From a virus (lineage: Duplodnaviria; Caudoviricetes): 24,723 bases of DNA. The notes beneath the pieces are model-generated. The model was not told where the DNA came from. It saw nothing but the letters and a program-made list of their open reading frames with translations, and did no database searches. How positions within the stretch are numbered: the stretch's first letter is position 1; every line of letters starts with the position of its first letter. Below, one piece after another: positions 1-10,400 of this stretch. The stretch spans positions 1 to 24,723 of IMG/VR virus record IMGVR_UViG_3300011423_000138. The stretch is one strand, 5' to 3'. A program made the position numbers and the translations under genes.

Positions 1-361
1 ACATTGGATTATTAATTCCAATTAAATCGCACGTTATACTAAGACTTCCGGCACATATATAATGTGGCTTATCTAATTCTAATGGCAACTTAATTGCAGT
101 AACTGCATTTATAGCATTTTGAATTACTGATTGCTCATTAGTAACACCATCTCCTTTAGCCCCAAACCAAGATAATTTTACCAATCCACTAAAATTTCTT
201 TTACAATATATTCCTTCGATAGTTTTACAATATATAACATTATCTAATTTACTATCATCCATAACACTTCCATCCCACCACGTAGTTACTACTGTATAAG
301 TAACCCATTCTCCTGTATTACTATCAAGAATATTGTGCAAAACTGTATTTGTCTGTGCCAT
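1..361 (-). CDS. Tailspike/depolymerase-like protein, N-terminal part (runs off the window)
   Basis: Not in the ORF track. Hand translation from ATG 361: MAQTNTVLHNILDSNTGEWVTYTVVTTWWDGSVMDDSKLDNVIYCK...WFGAKGDGVTNEQSVIQNAIN..., open to position 1. FGAKGDG...IQxAI is the N-terminal cap of pectate-lyase-3-type beta-helices. Confidence 0.8.
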   Translation of the reverse strand, partial: MAQTNTVLHNILDSNTGEWVTYTVVTTWWDGSVMDDSKLDNVIYCKTIEGIYCKRNFSGLVKLSWFGAKGDGVTNEQSVIQNAINAVTAIKLPLELDKPHYICAGSLSITCDLIGINNPM

Positions 362-363
362 AG

Positions 364-666
364 TTAAATAAATAAATCGTTAGTAAAAATTACACCAGTT
401 CCTTTCTCAACAAAATCAGCATCTTCAATTCCATTAGCCCACCATCCTTCTCTTACAGTTCCGCCTTCCATATAAAAGTAAGAAACATGACCTTTTCTCA
501 ACTCGTGGTCTGCCATATAAAGTATTACTTCTGCCTTATCATTAAAGACACGAGGAGTAAAAGCGTCTAACGGGTCATAGAACCAACTTCTTCCGTCAGT
601 AGGAACTCCTTGAGCTATGCCAACGGACTTATTAGAAGTCGTAAATAATGAAGGGTCGTATGCCAT
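364..666 (-). CDS. Small tail-associated protein, paralogue of the N-terminal domain of 2087..3208
   Basis: ORF 364..699, with likely start MAYDPS at 666 (avoids overlap with the lyase). Aligns by eye with the fibre protein: NKSVGIAQGVPTDGRSWFYD vs NKAWGVAQSMPLDARSYYYD. Confidence 0.7.
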   Translation of the reverse strand: MAYDPSLFTTSNKSVGIAQGVPTDGRSWFYDPLDAFTPRVFNDKAEVILYMADHELRKGHVSYFYMEGGTVREGWWANGIEDADFVEKGTGVIFTNDLFI

Positions 667-686
667 TTGAAAAAGTTTATTAGTTT

Positions 687-2090
687 TTAGAATGTCCAAG
701 TTACTCCAATTTCAGCTTCTGTGATTGGAACTATCGTTGAAGTTTGAGAATAAATTAATTTTGGAGTTGTATCTAATGCTCTGATTGCTGCCGGACTACT
801 TAATGAAATCCTTTTTACTCCATCTCCATCATCAACCAAGAGTGGGTCTATACTTGTCCAACCAGTTGCATTAAGCAATGAAGCGTCAAGTGCAACAGAA
901 TGATAAAAATTAGAGGCATAGTCGAATATTATTTTATGAGTAATTAAACTATCCAACTTTCTACCAACAGTACTAAATTGAAAAATATTTCCAGTGTAAG
1001 ACACAAAACTTGGGTCGAGAACTCTACCACTGCTTCCGCCATAGTCATAACCAGTTGCTATGAATTGAGTACAATTGGAAAAAGTATTGCTATCCACACG
1101 AATATTCTTAGCAGGCGGAAGTTTAGTTTCATCCGCTTCGTCTAAATAACCGCAACCAGTAGCAAAACTGCCTTCCATAAACACTAATGCAGGAGCAAGA
1201 CCAGAGCCAGTCAATCCTTCAAAGTAATTATTTACTATTTGTTGATTCCCGCCATGCACTTTAACTCCAGCAGCTCCATTAAGGAAAAAGTTATCCCTAA
1301 TTTGAGAATTTGAACAAGCTCTTAAAGTCATAGCTCCAGTAGAATTAATGAAAGTATTGTGCCTAAATGTATTGTAACTACATTTATTAGAAATTACTTC
1401 TTGGTCTGCACTGAAATCTTTAAAAACATTGTCATTAACAGTAGCGTAAACTGGAATACTATTAGTTCCAGCACCACTTCCAATCCTTATATCTTCATTT
1501 CCATTTTTTCCTATTGTGGTACGAAGTCCAAACAAACAATTATCTACTTGATAAAATTTATTTGCTGTTGCTACCATATTAATAACTGGGCCCAAGTCTC
1601 TTTTATTTATGAACTCGCAATGGTCTACTCTATTATATTTTCCTTGCATATTAATCCAATACTTCGGAGAACCAGTTGTTATCAAAGTAGAGTGATTGTA
1701 ATTATCAATTACTGTGTTTGTAAGTCTTGAACCGTCAGAGCCAGAACCAAAAAGTACAACTGCATTATTAGCCAAGTTCCAAGGTCCACTCTGAAATAAA
1801 AGTCCAGATACAATATTGTAGTCTCCGTTTATCTGAATTACAGAACCGCCAGTAAGTATTACACTACCTGGAGTTTGTGCATGAATAGTTATTGGCTGTG
1901 CAGCAGTTCCATTTCCTCTGAAGTTAAGAATCATATTGCCAGTCCAAGTTCCATTCAGCAGAGTTATATCATCTCCTGCCGCCCAAACATTCTGCGATTC
2001 GCTATTAAGCAATGCAACTTGAGTATTGTTGTAGCTATAAGTTGCGGCATTGACATAGATAGGTAGCAATAAAAATAATATCTTTTTCAT
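687..2090 (-). CDS. Polysaccharide lyase family 6 (alginate lyase/chondroitinase B-like beta-helix) with N-terminal signal peptide
   Basis: PL6 motifs GDxIxLxNGTW, GTAAQPITIHAQTPG, RVDHCEF, NGNEDIRIG, EVISNK (catalytic Lys position), TLR (catalytic Arg position) and NNYFEGL. N-terminus MKKILFLLLPIYVNA|AT. Confidence 0.85.
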   Translation of the reverse strand: MKKILFLLLPIYVNAATYSYNNTQVALLNSESQNVWAAGDDITLLNGTWTGNMILNFRGNGTAAQPITIHAQTPGSVILTGGSVIQINGDYNIVSGLLFQSGPWNLANNAVVLFGSGSDGSRLTNTVIDNYNHSTLITTGSPKYWINMQGKYNRVDHCEFINKRDLGPVINMVATANKFYQVDNCLFGLRTTIGKNGNEDIRIGSGAGTNSIPVYATVNDNVFKDFSADQEVISNKCSYNTFRHNTFINSTGAMTLRACSNSQIRDNFFLNGAAGVKVHGGNQQIVNNYFEGLTGSGLAPALVFMEGSFATGCGYLDEADETKLPPAKNIRVDSNTFSNCTQFIATGYDYGGSSGRVLDPSFVSYTGNIFQFSTVGRKLDSLITHKIIFDYASNFYHSVALDASLLNATGWTSIDPLLVDDGDGVKRISLSSPAAIRALDTTPKLIYSQTSTIVPITEAEIGVTWTF

Positions 2091-3208
2091 GGCATTAAAT
2101 ATTCTATTTGAAGTGTTAAAGTGTTTGAACTCGTAGATGAAAATGTAGCAGATAAATAAATTGTAGTTAAATCTGCATTTAATCTAACATACGAAGTGAT
2201 TCCAGTTCCTGAAGAAGTAACTCCATTAGCTGTCTGTCCAATCCCTCTATACAAATAAGCGCCTGTAGAACTAAACCCTGACGGCACTTTTGCTGTAGGG
2301 CAATCAGAAGGCAAATCTAATGTAACTCCAGTAACAGCAGTACCAGCCGTTCCGTACTTTAGATGCACAATAATAAAAACTCGTTTACCCGCTCTGCTCC
2401 ATTGATAAGTATTTGTTTCTGTTCCACTTGGCGCTGTTGTTGCTGTCCATGTAATTGTCCCTGCATAAGTTTGTTCTGGAGCATCGTAATTAGTACCGCC
2501 GCCTGAAGCAACAACCTCATCTACGTAAGCTCTAACACTACTTGCCGTATCTGTCAATTGACAAATAGTTGCATAATCTACCGCTTTCCAATTTTCATTA
2601 GTAAATCCGCCAACAAGCCTATAAGCAGAATCTCTTTCGCTAACATAAACCTGCATCCCCAACTTTCGAGTTTGAATTGAATCTCTATCCCTTACTCTAT
2701 CAACACTCTGAAAATCGTTTATCTTAAATGTCTTGTAATCGTAACCAGCTATTGTCTTAAAGTTATATCTTATTGTATCTGGAACAACTATATTGACTAT
2801 TCCTGCATTAATCATCTTCTGTATTACAGCGGAATTACTATCTCTGGAATTAGTTGTTCTCGCTCCATACCAAACTGCATTAAATCCATCTACATCTTTT
2901 GGAATCAAGTCTCCATCTTTTATTCCACTACGATAAGAATATTCATAAACAACTCCAAGTGGGTCTCTGATGAATACTGGAAAATTACCTTTTCGAGTTA
3001 TCGTATCTCTAAAATAAAGTACAGCTTCTGCAACACTCGCAAACGGTCTGTACCTAAATGCAATATCATCATAGTAATAACTACGAGCATCAAGTGGCAT
3101 TGATTGAGCCACTCCCCATGCCTTATTTATTGGAGTGTGCTTAACTGGAGTATATTGCGCATGAACGAAGAAAGGCATTATCCACAAAAGAAAAAATATG
3201 TATTTCAT
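2087..3208 (-). CDS. Mosaic tail fibre/receptor-binding-like protein with apparent signal peptide
   Basis: Likely start MKYIFF at 3208 (TAATG overlap with the upstream stop). Modules: domain shared with 364..666, WYGA...IQKMIN cap-like motif, RKLGMQVYV...YRLVGG..NENW module, GGG linker, and a Thr/Ser-rich C-terminal beta domain (YQWSRAGKRVFIIVHL...LDLP). Confidence 0.65.
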   Translation of the reverse strand: MKYIFFLLWIMPFFVHAQYTPVKHTPINKAWGVAQSMPLDARSYYYDDIAFRYRPFASVAEAVLYFRDTITRKGNFPVFIRDPLGVVYEYSYRSGIKDGDLIPKDVDGFNAVWYGARTTNSRDSNSAVIQKMINAGIVNIVVPDTIRYNFKTIAGYDYKTFKINDFQSVDRVRDRDSIQTRKLGMQVYVSERDSAYRLVGGFTNENWKAVDYATICQLTDTASSVRAYVDEVVASGGGTNYDAPEQTYAGTITWTATTAPSGTETNTYQWSRAGKRVFIIVHLKYGTAGTAVTGVTLDLPSDCPTAKVPSGFSSTGAYLYRGIGQTANGVTSSGTGITSYVRLNADLTTIYLSATFSSTSSNTLTLQIEYLMP

Positions 3209-6200
3209 TATGAGTATTTTATATTCTGATTGTTTGCCTCGAATACTGGTATTACGCGAGTGTAAGTATACTTGAATCCGCCTACTGCATATGTAGCGTA
3301 AAACACTTGGTCTGGAATAACTCCATAATTCCAAATAGAATTAAACCACTTGTTCTTTTCGTTAAAGTTTACAGGATACCTTAAAGCTAAATGCTTTCCA
3401 ACTGAAGCTGGTGTATAATCAAGATTAAAAGGTTCTTTGTTAGACAATGTTGCACTTTTCTGAAAAACAAAATCATCTATATTAGCTTCTGTAAATGGAG
3501 TATCACTCCATCCCCAAGACACAATTCCCATAGGACTCGCATAAGGTTTGAACTCGGAGAAAGCATATCCAGCCTGATTTTCTTTCAGTGTGAAGTCCAT
3601 AGAATAATAGTACATTGGATAGCCTGCAATCTTCTCTACTGGTTCAACTCTGGCATCTTTACTTATGACGTATTTAACTCCCTGAATTGCCAAATCGTCT
3701 AAAAGTATTGTATTGCAGATTTTCAAGTAAAGCCAATCTGGAATACCAGTTCCATTACCAAATAAAACTGTTCTTTTCTTTGTGGCAAGGCTGCGAAGAT
3801 TATCAAAATCACCTATCTCGTCTTCGTTAATTAAAGTATCTATGCTACCAACCCATTTTTCAACCAATCCTTCTACTCTGATTTGACTCCTAAAACCATT
3901 GCTGAAAACAGTTCCGGGCTTATTCTTTAGACTTCCGCCGTCAATTAAAATAGTTCCATAATGTTTTTCTTTAACAGAAACCATTTCAGAGATAGCGGCT
4001 ACCAAATCATCTACAAATAAAACGAAGTAATAATCTCCTTCGCCTAATAAAGAGAAATCAATAACCACTTGTTTTAATACTTCAGGGGACGTAACTGGAG
4101 AAGGTGTAACATTTGCATAAGTATAAGTGGATATAACTGTGCCACACGAATCAAAAACTAAAAGCCTAACTTCCTTTTCAATTGCGAAATTAGTTATTAC
4201 TTGGTCTGTTATAATTTCAGAAAGCTGAATCTTTTGAACGTACTGTGGATTGTTCACCCATTGCTCATTTCTATTAGCAAACCAATCCTCATGAAGTTCT
4301 GGCGCTTCCTGTTCGCTGTCATACTTGACCATGTGGAGAGTGTTATAATCACTCCTGTAAATTGAGTCTCCCATAATAGTAAATGTTACTCCAGGATTAG
4401 ATAATTTCATTAAGTTCGCAAGCGGCGTCTGCGTTGAAACAAGTAAACTCCATTTTTGCACATTGCGAGAAACATCTTCGACTGACATTTTTCCTATCGG
4501 CAAACAATGAATGTCAAGCCCTTGATACTTGAATTTCACTAAACCGCCGCTTGAGAATTTAGCAACAGTATCCGCAAAGAAAAAAGGCGTTTCAACGGTG
4601 CAGTGAAAAATATAAGGATAGAACAAAGAACTGTCTGGATAGTCTGCAAGTTTGACGTCTGTGTTTTCCGCTGTTCTGACTCCGCCGATTGTTACTGCAA
4701 ATCCCGGATTCTTGTCGCCAGTTTCAAACTTCAATACAGTATCAGGTTGTTGATAGAATATTGACTTCCAGTATGGCATCCGAGTTAACAGATTTCTTTT
4801 TGGAGTAAGCAATGTATTGAAAACAGAATTATCTATGACAGCTTCAACAGATGTATAAGCCGGTCTGTTTAACTTGTATCCTTGTATAGTTACCGGAACT
4901 GCATCAATGAACACGCTCGTAGAAATAGTATGATTGCCATTTGGAATTGGAGCTAACGGAGTTCCGTCTGTCTTATTAACCGGAACTACCTGAAAAGTCC
5001 ACGCTCCGTTTATATCAGAAGTTGTTGTTCCAAGTGGCACATCTTCGTAATAATCAAGATACAATTTAACTACAGTACTTGGTTTAGCTACACCTTTTAA
5101 TAACGGAGTGTTATCTTGTATATGGAATCCTTCTGGAAATGAAGTTATCAATGGCAGATTAACCCAAGCCTGAACATTGAAAGATACTCCATAACTCGCT
5201 ATACCAATGAAATTAAGACCTTCTGGAAGTATTGGTGATTGATGACTCCATCTACAGTTTCCATCTCCTGTTACTATTACTGACGAAGTTCCATTTATAT
5301 TCAAAGTTGCAGTTTGCCCAGTTTCAAGAAAGCCTCTTATCAATGGTTTGTTATCATAAAGATAATCTCCGCTATGAATGTTCTCGATACTTGGCGGAGT
5401 TACCGCATCCATTATAGTTACCGTTCTTGACGTAACAACTCCAGTTAAATCAGAGAACGTCATTTCAATAGTGTGTATGCCAGAGTTAACGTCTTCTTGA
5501 AATGGAGACAGCGCAGTAATTACATTGTAAGCAAAAACTCCATTTGCATCAGAAGTTCCAGTACCATCTAAAACTCCATCTGCATAAACATTGAAAGCTG
5601 TGCTTGGTTGGCACACTCCTCTCATTACTGGCTTGTCATTGTTTATAATATCGTTCTGGAAAGGATAGTATATTATTGGAGCTAACGGTGAGTTGTTAAC
5701 TTCTATTATAATGAAATTGTTTACTAATGTTTGCGTAGTAATTTTTTGATTAGAAATATCTACCATAAAAACAGTATCATCACCAGAGTTATCTTCTGAA
5801 GATTCTTGCTGGTAATCCATCCTGATAAACTCCATTCCATAACAATCCTTGCGATAAGGGGAAACAAGTGAAAGCTTATTCTTAACATTGTATTGCAGTA
5901 TTGAAAAAGTATTTAGTCCATTGAACTCGAATCTTCCGCTCGCGTGTCTGTAATCCTGCTTGTTCATGTTCAACTCAATCTCATTGCACAAATATTCAAA
6001 AGCATCCTCGACTTCAACATCTTTTACTTCTCCAATATCAAACAGGTTTGTACTTGGGTCGTATATAACTGGCACTTGCTCTATTGAAATTATCTTACCA
6101 TCTATCTTGAAAGCAATAAATTTATCAACATCATACGCTTTAAACCAATCCTTGAACGAAGTCTTAATTTGCGAATTTGAAGAATTTCTTATGGCATCAC

Positions 6201-7416
6201 CGCAAGTTAATACTATGTTTGGGTTAGCTTCAAAATAAGCAGAATTAACTACGAATTGATTGTGAGACGCTCTGCCAACAACTTCCCTTAAAACATCAAG
6301 TGGTCTCTTGCAATAAACAATAGTAGAATCAGCTTTTGTATCAGCAGTTACAACTATGTTAGATATATGCGGAATGAAGTGAATATCTACATCTCCCCAA
6401 TTTGCACTTTCTGGAATTATAAATAAACCAAAAGAACGCCCTGCTATGGCTGAAACTTCTCCATCAATATTTACTGTATATGTTTGCCATACACCTTCTT
6501 CTTTAGTAACAAGAAAATTAAGTACTAATGGATACATATTTCCAAGATTGTCCATAAGCCATATACCTACTTCACGAGATTCGCTCGAAGTACCTGTTAC
6601 ACTTTCTACCATCCAATCAAAAGTATATTGTCCTCTAATCTTGAAAGTCATAGCTCGAGTTGTCTTAATGAAATTCAAGATTTGCGGAAACTTTATTGCC
6701 CATTCACTTGGAGTTTGGTCTTGTTGCTCATTGTAATGGAATCCAAGATTTTGAGTTATAATTCCAAAAGAATCACCGTCTACATTTATAACATTAAGCG
6801 GCATAGTAAAAAACCTAAGCACGTCATTTACTATTGAAGGAATCGGAGACGGATTGACAAACTCCGAAGCCGTTGGCTGATAAGTAAATTTGCCTCTTAA
6901 TGTAATTCCATCAAAGACAACTGGAATTGTCTTTGTGTCTTGCGCATTACAGTTGATAGCGTACTTCACATCATCGTTCTGACTAAGTATTCCCCAAGCC
7001 GAATTATCCATAACTGGAACAGAGTAACCAGTTACCCTATCTCTTGTTTGCGCCAAATCAAATCTTCCGTAATAGTACACTTCAAAAACCATTGTGTAAG
7101 GATTGAAACGTTCTATTCTAAAATACATTTCTCCGGCATAACCTTTTCCAGTATATTTTAGATAACGAATAATATCCGCTCCATCTCCCACAAAGAGAAA
7201 ATCCATCATTAACGCTCTAACTCCGCTGAAATAGTTTTTATTCGTTCCGAAAGAAAGTTGCATCTCTTTCAGATTAGACGGATTCATTTCGAGCGGCTTC
7301 TTTGTTGCGCCAACAGAAACTACTACCTGCCCCATGTTGTTGTACACAGAAGAATAATACTCGCCAGCTTTGTTGAGTAAAAAACAGTACCATTCACGAG
7401 GCAAAGTTCTATCCAT
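3208..7416 (-). CDS. Large tail tip/hub structural protein with three inserted Ig-like repeats
   Basis: 1402 aa, directly after the tape measure. Three repeats of type DxKPxxRG...VxVYxD...GTxTSDxNGxW/F at ~4890-5690. Confidence 0.75.
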   Translation of the reverse strand: MDRTLPREWYCFLLNKAGEYYSSVYNNMGQVVVSVGATKKPLEMNPSNLKEMQLSFGTNKNYFSGVRALMMDFLFVGDGADIIRYLKYTGKGYAGEMYFRIERFNPYTMVFEVYYYGRFDLAQTRDRVTGYSVPVMDNSAWGILSQNDDVKYAINCNAQDTKTIPVVFDGITLRGKFTYQPTASEFVNPSPIPSIVNDVLRFFTMPLNVINVDGDSFGIITQNLGFHYNEQQDQTPSEWAIKFPQILNFIKTTRAMTFKIRGQYTFDWMVESVTGTSSESREVGIWLMDNLGNMYPLVLNFLVTKEEGVWQTYTVNIDGEVSAIAGRSFGLFIIPESANWGDVDIHFIPHISNIVVTADTKADSTIVYCKRPLDVLREVVGRASHNQFVVNSAYFEANPNIVLTCGDAIRNSSNSQIKTSFKDWFKAYDVDKFIAFKIDGKIISIEQVPVIYDPSTNLFDIGEVKDVEVEDAFEYLCNEIELNMNKQDYRHASGRFEFNGLNTFSILQYNVKNKLSLVSPYRKDCYGMEFIRMDYQQESSEDNSGDDTVFMVDISNQKITTQTLVNNFIIIEVNNSPLAPIIYYPFQNDIINNDKPVMRGVCQPSTAFNVYADGVLDGTGTSDANGVFAYNVITALSPFQEDVNSGIHTIEMTFSDLTGVVTSRTVTIMDAVTPPSIENIHSGDYLYDNKPLIRGFLETGQTATLNINGTSSVIVTGDGNCRWSHQSPILPEGLNFIGIASYGVSFNVQAWVNLPLITSFPEGFHIQDNTPLLKGVAKPSTVVKLYLDYYEDVPLGTTTSDINGAWTFQVVPVNKTDGTPLAPIPNGNHTISTSVFIDAVPVTIQGYKLNRPAYTSVEAVIDNSVFNTLLTPKRNLLTRMPYWKSIFYQQPDTVLKFETGDKNPGFAVTIGGVRTAENTDVKLADYPDSSLFYPYIFHCTVETPFFFADTVAKFSSGGLVKFKYQGLDIHCLPIGKMSVEDVSRNVQKWSLLVSTQTPLANLMKLSNPGVTFTIMGDSIYRSDYNTLHMVKYDSEQEAPELHEDWFANRNEQWVNNPQYVQKIQLSEIITDQVITNFAIEKEVRLLVFDSCGTVISTYTYANVTPSPVTSPEVLKQVVIDFSLLGEGDYYFVLFVDDLVAAISEMVSVKEKHYGTILIDGGSLKNKPGTVFSNGFRSQIRVEGLVEKWVGSIDTLINEDEIGDFDNLRSLATKKRTVLFGNGTGIPDWLYLKICNTILLDDLAIQGVKYVISKDARVEPVEKIAGYPMYYYSMDFTLKENQAGYAFSEFKPYASPMGIVSWGWSDTPFTEANIDDFVFQKSATLSNKEPFNLDYTPASVGKHLALRYPVNFNEKNKWFNSIWNYGVIPDQVFYATYAVGGFKYTYTRVIPVFEANNQNIKYS

Positions 7417-10400
7417 GAATTATTCTATTTGCGTATAACTGCTTAGATATATCAATGTTAATTTTTGGCTTGAAGATATTCTTGATTTCCCTTTTGGACT
7501 TTTGAATTTGCTTTCCCAAATACATTGTCTGCGCCCAAGAGTCGTTTTGCTTTTCAGGAAACGAAGGTATCTTGTAAAGTGGAATCAACTCTGTTCCTGC
7601 CGGTAAGTGTTTGATAGTCGGCTTATCTGCAATCCAACTTCTTCCATCAGGCTGCTTAACAAATTCAAGACCAGCCTCACCAAAAAGCGCATCTCCGCCC
7701 TTATGAATACCGCCTTGCGCATAAGCAGGAATCTTGGTAGCAAGTGCCGTTGCTAATTCTATTGCGCCCATAGCTCCTACTGCAATAGCTAATCCAATAC
7801 CAGCTCCTGGAACTTTGAGTGCATTAACTACTGCAACAGCAGTACCTGAAATGATTTGAGCAATAGCGACTTCTTTATCAAAGACAGCTTGGTCATGTTT
7901 AAGTTTCCTTATTTTACGAGCAGCTTCTTCTTCCATCGCCATCTTCTGAGCGTTCAACTGAACTTCATACGCATTTTTTTCTTTTGCGGAAATCGTAGAA
8001 CGTTCAATAGCTTCAAGTTCAAGGTCTAATGCTCTTTGGCGAGCTTCACTTTCTTCTTCAATCTGCTCCATGCGAGCATCAAACGCTTGGTCAGTAAGAT
8101 CTTTAATCATATTAAGACCATCTTCAGCGAGTTGGGCATAAGCAGCATTTCTCTGTTTAATGTAATCTTCATGCTGTTTATCTAAATCAATGCTTCCGGC
8201 ATTTAGATCTTGTTGTTCTTTTAGTTGGTCTTTAGATAATTGCTTTCCAGAATCAATACGAAGTTTCCTTGCTTTTTCGTAATTAGCTCTTGCTCCTTCG
8301 AGATTGCCACGAGATCGAGAACCAGGAGCCATAAATGCAGAAACGGTAGCACCAGTTAATTTATTCTGCGCTTCTTGCTCGAGACCTTGCAACCTTGTCA
8401 GCTCTTCTTTATCATCAACAACTCTTGCAGCATTTATTTCGTTGCGATTCTTTATCTCGATTTTCTTTAGATTTTCCTGATATTCCTTAAACGATATTTC
8501 CTTATTTGCATATTGTTGATTTAGTTTAAGTAATTCCTGTGTTGCTTCATCTTCCTGAATTGACTCGTTCAAATCAGCTTGTTGCTTAACCAAATCAACT
8601 TGTTTATTAAACCAAGATACAGCAATATCATAAGACTGTTTACGGATATCGTTCTCGACGTCAGCATCATTAGCTTTCCTCTGTGCATCAAGCTGTCTCT
8701 TTTTGAGTATAAATTGCTCTGCTGGCAATGTATCTTTAGCAACCTGTAAATCCTTGTCGTATTGCTGTTTATTTGCCTCTCTTCTTGCTGCAATATATTT
8801 AGTCAATCCTTCAATTCTATCTTCATACGAATTTTCCTCGTTTTCATACACCTTCTTTTGTGTAAGTTGAGTAACACGAATTTCGGCTTCGTTAGCCAAG
8901 AATATCATTTCTGTTCTCTTCAGATAAAAATCTCTAATTACAGTTGCCGTTTTCTTTGCCCTGTTTTTCTCTATTGTTGCACTTGTTTCTGCATACGTAT
9001 TTTCTGCTTCAATTAGTTCTGCATGAGTAGCATTTGCGTTAGTGATTACGTACTGATACTTTGCATCTGCCATTGCATTTTCTTGTTCAGCTATCGCACT
9101 CAACGCATTAATCCTTTCTTCCTCTGACGACAACTGATTATCAAGAATCATTTCGCTTGCGGTCATCGCCGTCTTTATATTTTTCTCTGCATTGCTTAAT
9201 ATTATCTTTCTCTCTTCTTCAGAATAATATTTTTGACGTTTCAATCCTTCTTCTTGTGTTGCAGTATTTGCTGCAATTTGAGCAACTAACGCACCAGATA
9301 TATCATCATACCTCTTTTTTGCGGCAGAGGTTTGGTTATCAAATACTTCAAGCTCTTTATTTAAAAAATCAAGTGTTGCTTCTATACCGGCTACTTCGCC
9401 AGCTTTCTTAACAGCGGTTGTTGCAATACCTTGAATTTGAAGTGGCTCTGCTTGTTTTTTCTTTAATGCTTCGTTGGTTTTTAATATTTTTTCTGTTATT
9501 ACCAATCTTTGATTTGAGGCAGAAAGAATTTGAGTATTTAACTTGGCGGCTTCTTCATACGTAGCTCCTAAATCTTGAACAGTTGCATCAGCGGCTTCTT
9601 TTTTAGCTTTGTTAAGATTATCAATAGCTTCTTTTTGTTGTTCATAACTTGCTCCTTGAGATTGAATAAGTTTCAATTGATTTTCATAATACAAGACATT
9701 GAGTTTATCACTTTGGCTAAGTGCATCAGCTTGGTCTGATATAGCATTGTTATAAGCATTAGTTGCTTCAGTCAATCTATTTTGGTACTCAATAGCTTTT
9801 TCCATCTTGGTACTAAAAAGTCCAAGAGCCTCTGCTGCTTTTGTAATAGCCTCAAATGCGAGATTAAATATACCAGCCATACCTAAACCTGGAAGTATAT
9901 ATGCAAGATTACGAACAATGCTAAGATTTTCAGATAACGCTTTACCCATTTCTTTCATACCGCCACCAGAGCCAGCTTTCCGTATAGACTCTTCAACCTG
10001 ATTAACGGCAGTATTAGCTTCCCTTAATTGTGCAGACAATCCTTCTTTGACAGATTTCGGGTCTTTATTAAGAATAGATTCAGCCAAAGCTGCTTCTAAA
10101 TCTTTTACACTTTGTTTAAGTTTTTTGAACGAACTGTCATTTTCGGCTATCTTTTTACCATTATTAATATGAGCTTGAGTGTTTTTAGTAGTAGCTGATG
10201 TATTAGCATTAATAGCGTTAGTTGCGTCTTTAGCAGATTTTGAAGTACCAGAAAGCGCTGTATTTGCGATTTTAGTTTTCTTGCCCATATCATCCATTGC
10301 AAGACTTAATTTAGCTACACTCGATTGCAAACCAGACAGCGCTCCTTGCTGTTCTTTAATAGAAGCAGTAAGTTGCTGCAACCCAGATATGTCAATAGGA

